From an uncultured Bacteroidales bacterium (GTDB taxonomy: Bacteria; Bacteroidota; Bacteroidia; Bacteroidales; Marinilabiliaceae), in the NCBI GenBank assembly GCA_934717675.1, contig CAKUYZ010000003.1, positions 11,263-75,262 of the forward strand: a DNA stretch of 64,000 nt. The letters run 5' to 3'. The translations under genes were made by a program, and so were the position numbers. This document shows positions 1-8,893 of this stretch, one piece after another (position 1 is the stretch's first letter; each line of letters opens with the position of its first letter). A model generated the notes under the pieces. The model had not been told where the DNA came from, searched no databases, and was given only the letters and a program-made list of their open reading frames with translations.

Positions 1-1
1 C

Positions 2-127
2 AGCATCGGGGTCAAGCGAATCCAGTTGGCCAGCTACTCCTTTTTCCGCACCTTGCGCGAGAAGCTCATGTGGGGGGCGGACGCCCGTAACGAGCCAGGC
101 AAGAGGCCGGCCGATCACCTTTCGTAG
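2..127 (+). CDS. C-terminal end of a gene truncated by the window edge (possibly NAD kinase)
   Basis: Open frame from position 2 to TAG at 125-127, translating ...GVKRIQLASYSFFRTLREKLMWGADARNEPGKRPADHLS*. The F-x2-TLR-x-K-x2-WG-x-D tail and the position upstream of the DUF6089/uppS/bamA block recall Bacteroidota NAD kinase C-termini (from memory, unverified). It is absent from the ORF track because it has no start in the window. Confidence 0.4.
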   Translation, partial: SIGVKRIQLASYSFFRTLREKLMWGADARNEPGKRPADHLS

Positions 128-153
128 ATTTTTTATAGCCGTCAATTGAAATC

Positions 154-984
154 TTGCTGACTCGTAAAGACATATTGGCAATATTTGCGGAGTGCGGGCG
201 CCTTGCCGCCGCGCGCCTGTCGCTCTTTGCCGTCGCCGTGGCCGTCTTCACTTCCCAGGCGATGGCGCAAGACAGGCTGGAGCTAGGTCTCATGGCGGGT
301 GGCAGCTACTACTTGGGGGAGATGAACCCTTCGCAGCAGTTCAAAGACACGCGCCCAGCCGCTGGTTTCATTGCGCGCTACATCGTCTCGGACCGCATCG
401 CGCTCAAGGCCGTGGCGGGATATTTCGGCATCGCGGGCAGTTATGACAAGTCCAACCCCGACATCTACTCCTATCCTCACGACCATGCAGGCCCATTTGA
501 GGAAGGGCAGACCGAGGTGCTGAGGCCGGGAGACACGAGTTTCAAAAACGGGCTTCTCGACGTCTCGGTCTATGGTGAGTTCAATTTTTTGAGCTTCGAC
601 CATTTCTTCAAAAAAGAGCAGACGCGCTTCTCGCCATATCTGGCTCTGGGTCTCGGTATGACCGCCTACTCCCATTACCTGGGTAAAGACAAAAAACGGC
701 AATTTATATTATCTTTGCCTTTTGGTTTTGGGGTTAAGTATAAACTCAATAAGCTCGTGCGCCTTGGCGTGGAGTGGACGTTCCACAAGACGTTTACCGA
801 CCAGTTGGAGTGCATTTACAACTACAGTGAGACGTTCTACCCGTCCGACCCCTACAAGAACAGGGTGCACAAGCCAACGCATAACAATGACTGGTTCGCG
901 TCGGCCTGCGTCTCGCTCACGTTCAGCATGTGGCCGCGCTCACTCGTCTGCAACGATGGCTACAACCCCGGCAGGCGCAGGTAG
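154..984 (+). CDS. DUF6089-like small outer-membrane beta-barrel protein
   Basis: 276-aa ORF. The first codon at 154 is TTG, so the start is uncertain. Signal-like N-terminus ...FAVAVAVFTSQAMA/QD. Gly/Tyr/Phe-rich alternating pattern typical of small OM barrels. It lies directly upstream of uppS-bamA, where DUF6089-type genes sit in Bacteroidota. Confidence 0.65.
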   Translation: MLTRKDILAIFAECGRLAAARLSLFAVAVAVFTSQAMAQDRLELGLMAGGSYYLGEMNPSQQFKDTRPAAGFIARYIVSDRIALKAVAGYFGIAGSYDKSNPDIYSYPHDHAGPFEEGQTEVLRPGDTSFKNGLLDVSVYGEFNFLSFDHFFKKEQTRFSPYLALGLGMTAYSHYLGKDKKRQFILSLPFGFGVKYKLNKLVRLGVEWTFHKTFTDQLECIYNYSETFYPSDPYKNRVHKPTHNNDWFASACVSLTFSMWPRSLVCNDGYNPGRRR

Positions 985-1023
985 CGGTGGCGCGTCTTTT
1001 CATCTCTTAGACCTACCATAAAA

Positions 1024-1767
1024 ATGACATATAGGGAGCAAATAGACCTCGACAGAGTTCCGCGACACGTGGCCATCATTATGGATGGCAACGGCCGATG
1101 GGCCAAAAAGCAAGGCAGCATTCGCCTCGTCGGCCACAAGTTCGGCGTGGGGTCTGTACGCCGCGTCACAGAGGCCGCAGGGGCTGTCGGAGTCAAATTC
1201 CTCACCCTCTTCGTCTTCTCCACTGAAAATTGGAATCGTCCCGCCGCCGAGGTCGATGGCCTCATGAAGCTCTTGTCCGCCACCATAGACAGCGAGATTG
1301 CCGACCTTATGAAAAACAACGTCCGCCTCATGACAGTGGGCGATGGCAACATCCCGCCAACGCTCCGCAAGAAGTTGGACGACAGCGTGGAGAAAACAAA
1401 GTCAAACACCGGTCTCACGCTAGTCTTGGCTCTCAGCTACAGCGGCCGATGGGAGATCACCCAGGCTGCCAAAGCCATTGCCCAGGCTGCGGCAAGTGGC
1501 GAGGTGGATCCGAAAAAGGTGGATGACAAGCTCTTCGCCAGCTACCTGCCCACGAGCTTTATGCCGGATCCCGAGCTCATAGTCAGAACCAGCGGTGAGT
1601 TCCGCATAAGCAACTTCCTCCTCTGGCAGGCGGCCTATTCTGAATTCTATTTCACCGACACCTTGTGGCCAGACTTCGACGCGGAGCAGCTATACAAGGC
1701 CATTGTGGACTACCAGCACCGCGAGCGCCGTTTCGGCAAGACGAGCGAGCAGGTGGAGGCCAAATGA
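1024..1767 (+). CDS. uppS: Undecaprenyl-diphosphate synthase (isoprenyl transferase)
   Basis: Motifs HVAIIMDGNGRWA and RTSGEFRISNFLLWQAAYSEFYF; 247 aa; ATG at 1024. Confidence 0.95.
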   Translation: MTYREQIDLDRVPRHVAIIMDGNGRWAKKQGSIRLVGHKFGVGSVRRVTEAAGAVGVKFLTLFVFSTENWNRPAAEVDGLMKLLSATIDSEIADLMKNNVRLMTVGDGNIPPTLRKKLDDSVEKTKSNTGLTLVLALSYSGRWEITQAAKAIAQAAASGEVDPKKVDDKLFASYLPTSFMPDPELIVRTSGEFRISNFLLWQAAYSEFYFTDTLWPDFDAEQLYKAIVDYQHRERRFGKTSEQVEAK

Positions 1768-1829
1768 AACCACGACGCTAAGCGACACACACTTCTCTCC
1801 TCATCCCACATTCGCAACACAACTATTCA

Positions 1830-4415
1830 ATGTTGAAAAAACTTCTCCTGGCGACATATCTTCTCATCCTCGCGGCCTGCGGGCAGGCTTTGGCGCAGTC
1901 TGACACCACGGCAATTGACTCTGCCGACCAAAAGGTGGAGAAAGTGTCTTACTCGGGTGTCGCCCGCAAGTATATCATTGATGACATTGTTGTCTCCGGC
2001 ATTCAGCACATGGATCAGCAGCTCCTCGTCAATCTCTCCGGCCTGCATAAGGGGCAAGAGGTCGCCATCCCCGGAGACGAGATAACGCAGTCCGTCAAAC
2101 GATACCTCAACAATGGCCTCTTTTCAGATGTCAAGATGTTCTATAAGGACGCCGCTGAGGGTCACGTCGTCATTGAGATTGCGCTAAAGGAGAGGCCCAG
2201 GTTGAGCAAGGTTAACTTCATTGGCCTGAAAAGGAGCGACATAAAAGACGTTCATGACAAAGTGGCCATTATGGAGGAGGCGCAGGTGACGCCTTTCCTC
2301 GTCAAGAGGGCCGAAAAATATGTCAAGGACTATTTTGTGGGCAAAGGCTTCTACAATGTCGAAGTCTCCGTGAACCAAAGGGCTGACAGGGAAAAAGATA
2401 ACCACGTGATTCTTGACATCACGGTGGATAAGAAAGACAAGGTGAAAGTCAGGAAGCTGCGCTTCCATGGCAATAACGTCATGAGCTACAGGAAGCTGAA
2501 TAAGGCCATGAAGAAGACCAACCAGAAGGGTCTTATGAACTTCTTCCGCACCAAAAAGTTCGTCAAGGAGCTCTATGAGAAAGACCTCGTGGCCTTGATC
2601 GACTTCTACAATGAGCATGGTTATCATGACGCCAAGGTGGTCAAGCAGACGGTGGAGCGCAATGACGACAACACAGTGGACATTGACGTCTACATCGAGG
2701 AGGGCGACCAATATTTCATTGGAGATGTCTCTTGGGTGGGAAACAGCATATACACTGGAGAGTACCTGAGTCATGTCCTCGGAATGAAACGTGGCGACAT
2801 CTACGACACCAAGAAACTTGACAAACGACTCTTCCAAGACGATGACGCCGTCCATAACCTCTATATGGACAATGGTTACCTCTTCTCAAACATCACTCCC
2901 GTGGAGTCCAAAGTAGAGGGCGACACCATCGATTTGGAGATGAGAGTTGTGGAGGGTTCGCAAGCCACCATCAATGAGGTGATTATCAAGGGCAACGACA
3001 AGACCAAGGAGCACGTCATCCGCCGTGAGATTCGCACCAAGCCAGGCCAGCTCTTCAGCAAGTCGGAGCTCATTCGTACCGTGCGTGAGCTTGCGCAACT
3101 CGGACATTTCAATCCTGAGACCATCAACCCAGTGCCGCAGCCTAACTATGACAACGGGACGGTTGATATTGTTTACAACCTCGAGGAGAAGAGCAATGAC
3201 CAGATTGAGCTCTCCGGCGGTTGGGGCGCAGGCATGTTCGTGGGCTCCATTGGCGTCTCTTTCAACAACTTCTCTCTCCAAAACATATTCAACAAAGAGG
3301 CCTATTCTCCGCTCCCAACGGGCGATGGCCAAAAACTCTCGCTCAAGGCTCAGGCCAACGGCAAATATTTCAAGTCTCTCTCTTTCTCGTTCACGGAGCC
3401 GTGGCTCGGAGGCAAGAGGCCTAACTCCCTCACCGTCTCCGCGTTCTACTCTTCACAGACGGGCGTCAGCTCAAGCTACTACAACAACTTCTACAACGGC
3501 TACTCCAGCGGCTACTCCAATGAGCAGCAGGTTGTCCCGAGCAAGAGCAGCCTTCAGCAATATAGGAAAGTGTCCGGTTTCTCGGTCGGCTTCGGCAAGA
3601 GGCTCACATGGCCCGATGACTGGTTTGTGCTCTATCTCGACGTCTCATACCAGCACTACCGCCTCCGCAACTGGCAATACTTCCTTATGCAAAACGGCCA
3701 GAGCCACAACCTGGCTTTCGGCGTGACGCTCTCCCGAAACTCAATAGACAACCCCATCTACACCCGTTCGGGTTCCAACTTCTCCATCGGCGTCAAGTTC
3801 ACGCCGCCCTATTCCGCTTTCTCCAGCCACGACTGGCGAAACGAGGATAACCAGAAGGTTCTCTACAATTTCATTGAGTATCACAAGTGGAGCCTCAAGG
3901 GTCAGGTGTTCAAGCCTCTCACGCCAAACCGCAAGCTCATCCTCATGGGCAAGTTCGAGATGGGCTTCTTGGGCTACTACAACAGATACCGCAAGTCGCC
4001 TTTCGAGAAATACGTCATGGGTGGCGACGGCATGAGCGGATATAGCACCTATGGTGAGGAGACCATCGGCCTGCGTGGCTACGAGAACTCATCCCTCACC
4101 CCCCGCGCGTCCTCGTCCTACTCCTACGATGGCAACATCTACAACAAGTATACCATGGAGTTGCGCTACCCCATAACCCTCCAGCCGCAGGCCACCGTCT
4201 TCGTCTTGGCCTTCGCCGAGGCGGGCAACTGCTGGAGCAAGTTTGAGGACTATAGCCCATTCGACCTCAAGAGGTCGGCCGGCTTCGGCGTCAGAATCTT
4301 CTTGCCCATCTTCGGCTTGCTCGGCATGGACTGGGGCTACGGCTTCGACGAGGTCGCGGGTTACAACGGCGCCGGCGGAAGCCAGTTCCACTTCGTCATG
4401 GGACAGTCATTCTAG
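1830..4415 (+). CDS. bamA: Outer membrane protein assembly factor BamA
   Basis: 861 aa with a signal peptide (LAACGQALA/QS). The N-terminal half has POTRA-like repeats and the C-terminal half is a beta-barrel ending ...GGSQFHFVMGQSF. Conserved uppS-bamA-ompH order. Confidence 0.95.
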   Translation: MLKKLLLATYLLILAACGQALAQSDTTAIDSADQKVEKVSYSGVARKYIIDDIVVSGIQHMDQQLLVNLSGLHKGQEVAIPGDEITQSVKRYLNNGLFSDVKMFYKDAAEGHVVIEIALKERPRLSKVNFIGLKRSDIKDVHDKVAIMEEAQVTPFLVKRAEKYVKDYFVGKGFYNVEVSVNQRADREKDNHVILDITVDKKDKVKVRKLRFHGNNVMSYRKLNKAMKKTNQKGLMNFFRTKKFVKELYEKDLVALIDFYNEHGYHDAKVVKQTVERNDDNTVDIDVYIEEGDQYFIGDVSWVGNSIYTGEYLSHVLGMKRGDIYDTKKLDKRLFQDDDAVHNLYMDNGYLFSNITPVESKVEGDTIDLEMRVVEGSQATINEVIIKGNDKTKEHVIRREIRTKPGQLFSKSELIRTVRELAQLGHFNPETINPVPQPNYDNGTVDIVYNLEEKSNDQIELSGGWGAGMFVGSIGVSFNNFSLQNIFNKEAYSPLPTGDGQKLSLKAQANGKYFKSLSFSFTEPWLGGKRPNSLTVSAFYSSQTGVSSSYYNNFYNGYSSGYSNEQQVVPSKSSLQQYRKVSGFSVGFGKRLTWPDDWFVLYLDVSYQHYRLRNWQYFLMQNGQSHNLAFGVTLSRNSIDNPIYTRSGSNFSIGVKFTPPYSAFSSHDWRNEDNQKVLYNFIEYHKWSLKGQVFKPLTPNRKLILMGKFEMGFLGYYNRYRKSPFEKYVMGGDGMSGYSTYGEETIGLRGYENSSLTPRASSSYSYDGNIYNKYTMELRYPITLQPQATVFVLAFAEAGNCWSKFEDYSPFDLKRSAGFGVRIFLPIFGLLGMDWGYGFDEVAGYNGAGGSQFHFVMGQSF

Positions 4416-4481
4416 CCCTTGGCACACTTATTGCTGCGCAACGTCGGAACACATTGTTTAACAATAAAAATCTTAGCAACA

Positions 4482-4997
4482 ATGCGCAAGATATTACTCT
4501 CAATCGTACTGATGGCCGCGGCCATCGTCGTGGCTCAGGCTCAGAAAGTTGTCTTTGTCGATACCGACTACATCCTCAAGAACATCCCGGCCTATGAGAC
4601 CGCCAATGAGCAGCTCAACAAGCTCTCAAAAAAATATGAAGACGACGTCAAGGCCAAGATGCAAGAGGTGGAAAAACTCTATGACACCTATCGCAACGAG
4701 AGCGTTTTCCTCTCAAACGACATGAAAGTGTCAAAGGAAAACGAGATTGTCCAGAAAGAGCAGGCGGCCAAGAAGCTCCAGCAGCAATATTTCGGACAAA
4801 ACGGCGAGCTCTTCAAGCAACGCGAGATTCTCGTCAAACCCATTCAAGATCAGATCTTCAACGCCATATCCTCATTGGCGCAGGAGAAGAACTATTCCGC
4901 CGTGTGGGACAAGGCGTCCTCCGCGGGTCTCCTTTTCGCGGACAAGAGCTTGGACGTGTCCGATGCCGTCTTGGCAAAGCTTGGCTACGGCAAATAG
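4482..4997 (+). CDS. OmpH/Skp-family periplasmic chaperone (paralogue 1)
   Basis: The internal ATG at 4482 gives MRKILLSIVLMAAAIVVAQA/QK, a signal peptide. The body is K/E/Q-rich and coiled-coil-like, about 170 aa. The upstream part of track ORF 4419 is probably not translated. Confidence 0.85.
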   Translation: MRKILLSIVLMAAAIVVAQAQKVVFVDTDYILKNIPAYETANEQLNKLSKKYEDDVKAKMQEVEKLYDTYRNESVFLSNDMKVSKENEIVQKEQAAKKLQQQYFGQNGELFKQREILVKPIQDQIFNAISSLAQEKNYSAVWDKASSAGLLFADKSLDVSDAVLAKLGYGK

Positions 4998-5042
4998 GAG
5001 AGGCGAATACACTCACGTCATTTTTCCAACCAAAACTCTATT

Positions 5043-5555
5043 ATGCTTAGTAAACTGATTGTCGCTGCCGTGGCGGCCCTCGCGCTCTGCCTCACAGCCG
5101 AGGCCCAGAAGCCGAAGTTCGGCCATTTCGACAGCGGCGCGCTCATTGAGTCGCTCCCCGAGGCACAGGCCATGAAGAAGACCATGGAGGCCGAGTCCGC
5201 CAAATGCGAGGCGCAACTGACGGCCCTGCAAGAAGACTTCAGCAAGCAAGTGTCTGCCTATCAGGCGACGCAAAAGAACATGACATCGGAAGAGCAGGCC
5301 GCCAAGGAAGAGGAGCTGCAAGACATGCAGCAGCGAATCATAACCTATCGGCAGACGGCAATGCAAGACCTCCAAAAAAAGCAGCAGGAGCTCATTACGC
5401 CCATCTCGCAAAAGGTTCTCAACGCCGTGCAGCAGGTCGGAGCCAACAACGGCTTCCTCTACATCTTTGAGGCAAAGGCGGGGCTCGTGCTGAGCATCGG
5501 CTCGCAAAGCGTTGACGTGACCGACCTCGTCAAGAAGCAACTCGGAATAAAATAA
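5043..5555 (+). CDS. OmpH/Skp-family periplasmic chaperone (paralogue 2)
   Basis: 170 aa, signal peptide LALCLTAEA/QK, coiled-coil Q/E/K-rich core, immediately after paralogue 1. Confidence 0.85.
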   Translation: MLSKLIVAAVAALALCLTAEAQKPKFGHFDSGALIESLPEAQAMKKTMEAESAKCEAQLTALQEDFSKQVSAYQATQKNMTSEEQAAKEEELQDMQQRIITYRQTAMQDLQKKQQELITPISQKVLNAVQQVGANNGFLYIFEAKAGLVLSIGSQSVDVTDLVKKQLGIK

Positions 5556-5597
5556 AAATCACCCATACACACTCCCCACACGTAACAACCTCTTCAA

Positions 5598-6113
5598 ATG
5601 AAACTTGTTAAGACCATCCTGACCGCGGCCGTCATTGCCGTCGCTTCCGTCTGCGTTGAGGCGCAAGACCTAAAGTTCGCCCACATAAACTCGCAAAAGT
5701 TCCTAGCCGAGCTGCCTGAGTTCGCGCAGGCGCAGCAGCAATTGCAAGATGAGGCCAAGAAGCTGGAGGACCAGATGACGGTGATGCAAAATGAGCTTCA
5801 GCAGAAATTTCAGGAGTATGCCAACAAACGCGACTCCCTGCCAGAACTCATCCGCGCCACCAAAGAGAAAGAGCTTCAAGACACTCAGGCGCGCATCCAG
5901 AGCTTCCAGCAGCTGGCGCAGCAGAGCCTTTCGCAGAAAGAGCAGCAGCTCATGGCTCCCATCTTGGACAAATATCAGAAGGCACTAGACGAGGTGGGGA
6001 AAGAGAACAAGTTCATCTATATCTTCGACACGACCTCGCAGGTGATCCTTTACACCTCGGAGCAGAGCATTGACGCCGCTCCCCTCGTAAAGGTCAAGAT
6101 GACCGGCAAGTAA
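5598..6113 (+). CDS. OmpH/Skp-family periplasmic chaperone (paralogue 3)
   Basis: 171 aa, signal peptide VASVCVEA/QD, same architecture as the two preceding genes (LKFAHINSQKFLAELPE...). Confidence 0.85.
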   Translation: MKLVKTILTAAVIAVASVCVEAQDLKFAHINSQKFLAELPEFAQAQQQLQDEAKKLEDQMTVMQNELQQKFQEYANKRDSLPELIRATKEKELQDTQARIQSFQQLAQQSLSQKEQQLMAPILDKYQKALDEVGKENKFIYIFDTTSQVILYTSEQSIDAAPLVKVKMTGK

Positions 6114-6241
6114 GCCGTCCACGGCATTTTTCATAACAAACCATCCGAGACGGGAGGCAAGGCGCGTCAGCTTGTGCGACGCGCCTGGCCCCCGCCTCGC
6201 GACATATAAGAGCCATTCTTTCCCAACCAAAAGAGAACATT

Positions 6242-6847
6242 ATGGAGACAGAAACCTATTGGAGAGTGTTCAACGAGGCCATTAACGACTACCACAAGGC
6301 CGACAACGTGGACGCCCCGCTCCACAACCCATATCCCGCCAACGCCATTGAGCACCTCATGTATCGCAAAAACTGGATCGACACAGTGCAATGGCATCTT
6401 GAGGACATAATCCGCGACCCGCAGATTGACCCTGTCAAAGCTCTCTCCATAAAGAGGCGCATCGACGCCTCCAACCAAGAGCGCACCGACATGGTGGAGT
6501 ATATCGACTCCTACTTCCTTGATAAGTATAAAGACGTGAAAGTCAACCCCGGGGCCCGCATCAACACAGAGAGTCCGGCGTGGGCCATTGACCGTCTCTC
6601 AATACTCGCCCTCAAGATTTACCATATGGGCGTTGAGGCCGCTCGCACCGACGCCGACAAGGCTCACAAAGAGGCTTGCGGTAAGAAACTGGCAGTCCTC
6701 AATGAGCAGCATGACGACTTGTCCTTGGCCATACAGCAGCTCTTGGCGGACATTGAGGCAGGAGAGAAATACATGAAGGTATACAAGCAGATGAAGATGT
6801 ATAACGACCCGTCTCTCAACCCCATCCTCTACGCCAACAAGAAATGA
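6242..6847 (+). CDS. DUF4254-like protein
   Basis: 201 aa, cytoplasmic. The segment NWIDTVQWHLEDIIRDP...ESPAWAIDRLSILALKIYHM matches my recollection of DUF4254, which is typically paired with a GT9 gene. Its stop overlaps the next start (ATGA at 6844-6847). Confidence 0.7.
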   Translation: METETYWRVFNEAINDYHKADNVDAPLHNPYPANAIEHLMYRKNWIDTVQWHLEDIIRDPQIDPVKALSIKRRIDASNQERTDMVEYIDSYFLDKYKDVKVNPGARINTESPAWAIDRLSILALKIYHMGVEAARTDADKAHKEACGKKLAVLNEQHDDLSLAIQQLLADIEAGEKYMKVYKQMKMYNDPSLNPILYANKK

Positions 6848-7896
6848 GCCGCCGCATCCTCGTCATGCGCCTCACGGCGATGGGAGACGTGGCCATGACC
6901 GCGCCCATTGTGGCCTCTGTTTGCCAGGCCAACCCCGATGCCGATGTCGATTTCCTCTCCACCCCGTTCTTTGAGCCTTTTTTTGAGAGGCTGCCCAACT
7001 TCCACTTCGTGGGAACGGACATCCGCAAGCAGAGGCACGGTTTCGCGTCGCTTTTGCGTCTTTTCCGAGACTTGAGGAGCGGCAAGGCGCAAGGGCGAGA
7101 CGAGGCCTGCAAATATGACTTGGTCATAGACCTGCATGATGTGTTGCGCACCAAAGTCTTGAGGTCGCTCTTTCGCTTGGCTGGAGCTAAAGTCTTCACC
7201 ATAGACAAGGGCAGGGCCGAGAAGCGCAGGCTTGTGAGTGGCAAAGAGCATAAGCAGCTGAGTCCCATGACGCTGAGGTATGCCGACGTCTTCAAAAGAG
7301 CCGGTCTGGTGGTGCCCGATGGGCTGCGCCTGAGGCCCAAAGAGGCGTTGCCTGGCTGCTGCAACGGATTGGTAAAAGGGGCGGACGTGTGGATTGGCGT
7401 GTCACCATTCGCTCAGCACGCGGGCAAGATGTACCCGTTGGAACGTATGTCCCGTGTGCTAGATTTGCTCTTGGCGAGACCTGGGGTCAGAGTATTCCTT
7501 TTTGGTGGCGGAGCCGCCGAAAAGGCTAAGGCGGAGGCTTTGGCTGCAGGCCGCGATGGTTGCAGTGTCATGATTGGGCGTATGAAGTTGGCCGAGGAGA
7601 TGGCTTTGATGTCTAACCTAGATGTCATGCTCTCCATGGACTCGTCCGCCATGCACGTCTGCTCGCTCTATGGCGTCAGAGTGGTCTCCATATGGGGCGC
7701 GACTCACCCGTTCGCCGGTTTCTTGGGCAATGGCCAGAGAATGAGCGACTGTGTGCAATGCGCCAGCTTGAGTTGCCGCCCTTGCTCCGTCTTCGGCAAC
7801 AAACCTTGCCGTTTGGGAGACTATCGTTGCTTCGACATTGAGCCGGAAGTCGTGGTGGACAGAGTTTTGAACCCTGCGGCTGACAAAATGTCATAA
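6844..7896 (+). CDS. Glycosyltransferase family 9 (heptosyltransferase-like, LPS core)
   Basis: N-terminus RILVMRLTAMGDVAMTAPIV and ...SPFAQHAGKMYP...FGGG...MDSSAMH are typical of GT9; 350 aa. Confidence 0.85.
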   Translation: MSRRILVMRLTAMGDVAMTAPIVASVCQANPDADVDFLSTPFFEPFFERLPNFHFVGTDIRKQRHGFASLLRLFRDLRSGKAQGRDEACKYDLVIDLHDVLRTKVLRSLFRLAGAKVFTIDKGRAEKRRLVSGKEHKQLSPMTLRYADVFKRAGLVVPDGLRLRPKEALPGCCNGLVKGADVWIGVSPFAQHAGKMYPLERMSRVLDLLLARPGVRVFLFGGGAAEKAKAEALAAGRDGCSVMIGRMKLAEEMALMSNLDVMLSMDSSAMHVCSLYGVRVVSIWGATHPFAGFLGNGQRMSDCVQCASLSCRPCSVFGNKPCRLGDYRCFDIEPEVVVDRVLNPAADKMS

Positions 7897-7961
7897 ACAG
7901 AACGTTTGGCAAGGCTTTTGCCCCGCCATTCCCCATAAACCATTAAACAGATTAGAGACTT

Positions 7962-8657
7962 ATGATGCTTTGGGTCATTTTTGGAGCTTTCGCCATCTTG
8001 AGCTGGGTTGTCAGCAGCAGGCTCAAGAGCAAGTTCAAGAAATATAGCCAGATTCCTCTGCCGCTGTCGGGCGCCGAGATTGCCGCGAGGATGCTTCGAG
8101 ACAACGGCGTGAACGACGTGACGATACGCCCCGTTGACGGCACTTTGACCGATTTCTATAACCCGGCGGACAAGACCGTCAACCTCAGCTCCGATGTCTA
8201 CGCCTCCCGCACCGTGGCCGCCGCCGCTGTGGCCGCTCACGAGACGGGTCATGCCTTGCAGCACGCGCAGGGCTATAAGGCCATGGCGCTCCGCACCGCA
8301 CTGGTGCCGCTCCAAAACGTGTCTGCCACCATCCTCAACGTCATCTTCATTGGCATGTTCGCCTTTGCGTTCATCATGCCAAACCTTATGCCTTACACCC
8401 TAGCCCTGAAGATCATCATCGGGTGCTATGCCGTCTTCACTCTCTTCTCTTTCGTCACGCTCGGCGTGGAGATCGACGCAAGCCGCAGGGCCGTCAACTG
8501 GCTCACGGAGAGTGGCATAGTGGCTGCTGGCGAGACCCGGGACGGGGCCGTGGACGCTCTCAAATGGGCAGCCTATACCTACCTTGTGGCCGCGCTCTCT
8601 TCGCTCGCCACGCTCCTCTACTACGTCCTCCAGCTGGTTGGCTCTGACAGGGACTAG
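7962..8657 (+). CDS. Membrane zinc metallopeptidase (Zn_peptidase_2 type)
   Basis: 231 aa with an N-terminal TM, an HETGHALQH zinc-binding motif and C-terminal TM helices. Confidence 0.85.
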   Translation: MMLWVIFGAFAILSWVVSSRLKSKFKKYSQIPLPLSGAEIAARMLRDNGVNDVTIRPVDGTLTDFYNPADKTVNLSSDVYASRTVAAAAVAAHETGHALQHAQGYKAMALRTALVPLQNVSATILNVIFIGMFAFAFIMPNLMPYTLALKIIIGCYAVFTLFSFVTLGVEIDASRRAVNWLTESGIVAAGETRDGAVDALKWAAYTYLVAALSSLATLLYYVLQLVGSDRD

Positions 8658-8701
8658 CCCCGCACAAAACTCAAATTTTTGATTCGAAAGAAAAAATGTT
8701 G

Positions 8702-8709
8702 TAACTTTG
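8702..8709 (+). promoter_or_regulatory. Putative Bacteroidota -7 box (TAnnTTTG) upstream of greA
   Basis: TAACTTTG at 8702-8709 with a TTTG about 20 nt upstream (in ...AAATTTTTGATTCG...). Consensus from established work on Bacteroides promoters. Confidence 0.5.
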
Positions 8710-8812
8710 CATTGCCTGAAGAAATGAGACGGGCAGTGTGGGCAAAGCCTTGAAGCTTCGCTCGCCTGCTGGCCAAAGCAAAGAAACACAAATAAATAAC
8801 CATATAGAAGGT

Positions 8813-8852
8813 GAGGATCCTGAGATTCTGGTTTCAGGATTCTCTTCTTTTA
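8813..8852 (+). terminator. Intrinsic terminator-like hairpin + T-tract inside the greA upstream region
   Basis: An 11-bp stem pairs GAGGATCCTGA (8813-8823) with TCAGGATTCTC (8834-8844), including one G-U pair. It is followed by TTCTTTTATACGTTT. It lies 155 nt after the Zn-peptidase stop and 42 nt before the greA ATG. Confidence 0.6.
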
Positions 8853-8893
8853 TACGTTTCACTAACGAAATACAAATTAAGGAGGAGACAACT

